Positions 44,848 through 46,669 of a DNA stretch of 46,669 nt are shown here, piece after piece (positions within the stretch are counted from its first letter, which is position 1; each line of letters opens with the position of its first letter). Below the pieces are notes generated by a model, which saw only the letters and a program-made list of their open reading frames with translations, made no database searches and was not told the origin of the DNA. Source of the DNA: a virus (lineage: Duplodnaviria; Caudoviricetes); IMG/VR virus record IMGVR_UViG_3300036853_000124, positions 1 to 46,669 of that record, one strand, 5' to 3'. The translations under genes were made by a program, and so were the position numbers.

Positions 44848-44897
44848 AGCACGAAGGCCCCCGCTGTCCACGTCGGACGGTTGGGGGCCTTCGTGCT
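44848..44897 (+). terminator. Long GC stem-loop
   Basis: AGCACGAAGGCCCCC...GGGGGCCTTCGTGCT 15-bp stem. Confidence 0.65.
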
Positions 44898-44920
44898 CTC
44901 CACGACGAGAGGGAGTAGCC

Positions 44921-45565
44921 GTGACGAGACCCAGACTGCTCGACCTGTTCTGCTGTGCCGGGGGTGCCGGCATGGGCTACCACCGCGCGGGCTTCGACAT
45001 CGTCGGCGTGGACATCGATCCTCAGCCTCATTACCCCTTTGAGTTCCACCAGGCCGACGCAATCGAGTTCGCCAAGGAGCACGGCCACGAGTTCGACGCG
45101 ATCCACGCCAGTCCTCCGTGTCAGGCATTCAGCGCGTATCGACGCCGCGGCGCTGGCGTGGGGGCTACCGCGCTCAACCTGATCCCGGCTACTCGTAAGG
45201 CTCTGTCCCAGTTCGACATGCCAACAGTCATAGAGAACGTCGAGACCGCCCGCGCGGAACTCGTAGGGCCAGTCCGGATGTGCGGGTCCAGCTTCGCCCT
45301 CGACGTACGCCGGCATCGGTTGTTCGAAAGCAACGTCGGCCTGACTACACCCGCCTGCGCCCACAACTGGCAGACGCCCCGATTCCCACCAGCCACCAAC
45401 CGTACCAACCTACGGCGAACGGTTGAGGTTGGCGTCTACCGCATCCCCCTTCCGGTCCAGCAGAAGGCTATGGGAATCGACTGGATGACCTTGAGCGAGT
45501 TGAGCCAGGCCATCCCGCCCGCCTACACCGAGTACCTCGGCCGTCAAGTGTTGGCCCAGCTATGA
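44921..45565 (+). CDS. DNA cytosine-C5 methyltransferase (short, orphan)
   Basis: LDLFCCAGG (motif I), SPPCQ (IV), IENV (VI), RRHRLF (VIII). Confidence 0.85.
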   Translation: MTRPRLLDLFCCAGGAGMGYHRAGFDIVGVDIDPQPHYPFEFHQADAIEFAKEHGHEFDAIHASPPCQAFSAYRRRGAGVGATALNLIPATRKALSQFDMPTVIENVETARAELVGPVRMCGSSFALDVRRHRLFESNVGLTTPACAHNWQTPRFPPATNRTNLRRTVEVGVYRIPLPVQQKAMGIDWMTLSELSQAIPPAYTEYLGRQVLAQL

Positions 45566-46008
45566 GGTCCGTACCCATCCACGGTGAGCTCACCGCCGAC
45601 GGCACCCGGGTCGTGCTGATGGCCGCGGGGATGTTCGCCGACGACGTCGAGCGGGTCGGCCGGCAACTCGGCCTGCTCACCCCGACGCCGAAGCCCACCG
45701 AGCCCAAGGGCGGCATCAGCTTCCCGATCTCCTGGGCGCTGTGCGTGCAGCTGGCCATGACGTTCGGCTCGGCCTGGCACCCCGGCCCCCGGCTCAAGGC
45801 TTGGGTGCTAGACCAAGTCCAAGCCCGCACCGCCGAGTCGGCCCCCCTCACGATCTCGCTGCCTGCCGGCAAGGTGCCCCGGCCGTACCAAGTCGACGGC
45901 GCCCAGCTGGTAGCGAACTCCGGCAGTTGCCTGATCACCGACGAACCCGGCACCGGCAAGACGATCACAACCATTCTCGGCCTGCTAGAACGGGCCTCAA
46001 CGTCCTGA
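45562..46008 (+). CDS. SNF2/SF2-type helicase, N-terminal piece (Q motif and Walker A)
   Basis: PRPYQ and LITDEPGTGKT; stop 15 codons after GKT. Confidence 0.85.
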   Translation: MRSVPIHGELTADGTRVVLMAAGMFADDVERVGRQLGLLTPTPKPTEPKGGISFPISWALCVQLAMTFGSAWHPGPRLKAWVLDQVQARTAESAPLTISLPAGKVPRPYQVDGAQLVANSGSCLITDEPGTGKTITTILGLLERASTS

Positions 46009-46024
46009 AGGGACAGGCCATTCC

Positions 46025-46363
46025 ATGACTTTCGAGCACCTGACAGCGACGAGGGCCCTAGCTGACATCACCCTGGAGGAGGGGGGATCACACTGGCTCG
46101 TGGTCGTTCGGAGAAAAGACGACACCACTGGAGCGCACGAGTTCCGCGCCGAGCTGCCAGTTTGTCGCGGAGCCCGAGACGGCCACTGGTTGGGACGGGA
46201 ACCATGCTCGTGTGGAGGTTCACGCAGATGGGGGAAGCGTACTACGTCTGTGAAGGCGGAGCTCGCGCACGGGGACCAGCACTGTCATTGCTGGCACCTC
46301 CCCGCCGTGCGCGAATTTGTCCGCGCAGTACTCAAGACCTACTCAGCCGAGCGTGTTGCATGA
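46025..46363 (+). CDS. SWIM-like zinc-finger protein inserted in the helicase gene
   Basis: CSC-x(n)-CWHLPAV fits CxCx(n)CxH; RBS-like AAGGGA; ATGA overlap with helicase C-piece. Confidence 0.6.
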   Translation: MTFEHLTATRALADITLEEGGSHWLVVVRRKDDTTGAHEFRAELPVCRGARDGHWLGREPCSCGGSRRWGKRTTSVKAELAHGDQHCHCWHLPAVREFVRAVLKTYSAERVA

Positions 46364-46669
46364 CTCCCACCTTCCCCGTCGTCGTCATCTGCCCAGCGTC
46401 CGTCATGGACCCCTGGGTGCGCGCCTGGCAGTCCTGGGCCCCGCACCTGCGCACGGTGGCGTGGCGGGGTACTCCGGACCGTAGGCGGCAACTGAGCGGC
46501 GCGGCGGACGTGTACGTGGTCAGCTACGACACGGCAACCCGAGACATCGGCACCGTGGCCAAGCCGGGCGCGCTGCTCAAGATGGCGCCGGCCAGCCTCG
46601 TGCTCGACGAGTGCCACCTGATCAAGAACCCGAACAGCAAGCGGTCCACCCACGTGCGCCGGCTGGCTC
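46360..46669 (+). CDS. Start of helicase C-terminal piece (continues at 2-1279)
   Basis: MTPTFPVVVICPASVMDPWVRAW = motif Ia; in frame with ORF 2-1279. Confidence 0.85.
   Translation, partial: MTPTFPVVVICPASVMDPWVRAWQSWAPHLRTVAWRGTPDRRRQLSGAADVYVVSYDTATRDIGTVAKPGALLKMAPASLVLDECHLIKNPNSKRSTHVRRLA
46416..46669. repeat. Terminal direct repeat, copy 2
   Basis: Matches 1-254. Confidence 0.95.

Noticed and set aside
44921-45565. Complete restriction-modification system
   Set aside because: No cognate endonuclease adjacent; orphan methyltransferases are common in phages.
46009-46359. Split intein, group I/II intron or stop readthrough restoring the helicase
   Set aside because: No intein motifs at either end; the gap is almost filled by an ORF with no visible intron core; a further in-frame stop blocks readthrough. 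Splicing or bypassing is not formally excluded.
46416-46669. 254-bp terminal repeat as a biological direct terminal repeat
   Set aside because: It falls mid-gene, and the HNH-terS arrangement points to ends near 12.8 kb; best read as an assembly overlap.

Overview
Apparently complete genome of a temperate, high-GC siphovirus of an actinobacterial host, assembled as a circle. Bases 1-254 repeat at 46416-46669 with one synonymous mismatch, so the unit length is about 46,415 bp. Gene order: C-terminal part of a SNF2-type helicase; MazG-like hydrolase; GT2 glycosyltransferase cassette; RuvC-like resolvase; DUF5664 and DUF4406 nucleotide enzymes; HTH regulator; a 1423-aa primase-helicase-family A polymerase fusion; Zn/HTH regulator and late promoter; metallophosphoesterase; HNH; terminase; portal; head, neck and tail genes; lysis genes; beta-helix tail spike; leftward accessory genes; probable attP; tyrosine integrase; repressor; and an early operon of small ORFs, Cas4-like exonuclease, SSB, C5 methyltransferase and the N-terminal part of the helicase. 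Five observations stand out. (1) The helicase gene is split cleanly between motif I and motif Ia by a gene for a SWIM-like zinc-finger protein. (2) The replicase is one fused protein with an iteron-like repeat array inside its linker and apparent substitutions in the PolA finger region. (3) A 34-bp promoter/operator occurs twice, in front of both the HTH gene and the glycosyltransferase cassette. (4) The early operon contains a structured non-coding segment ending in a 63-nt tRNA-like fold. (5) A GTCC-N5-GGAC palindrome recurs at intergenic sites. All function calls come from motifs recognised by eye; no searches were run.
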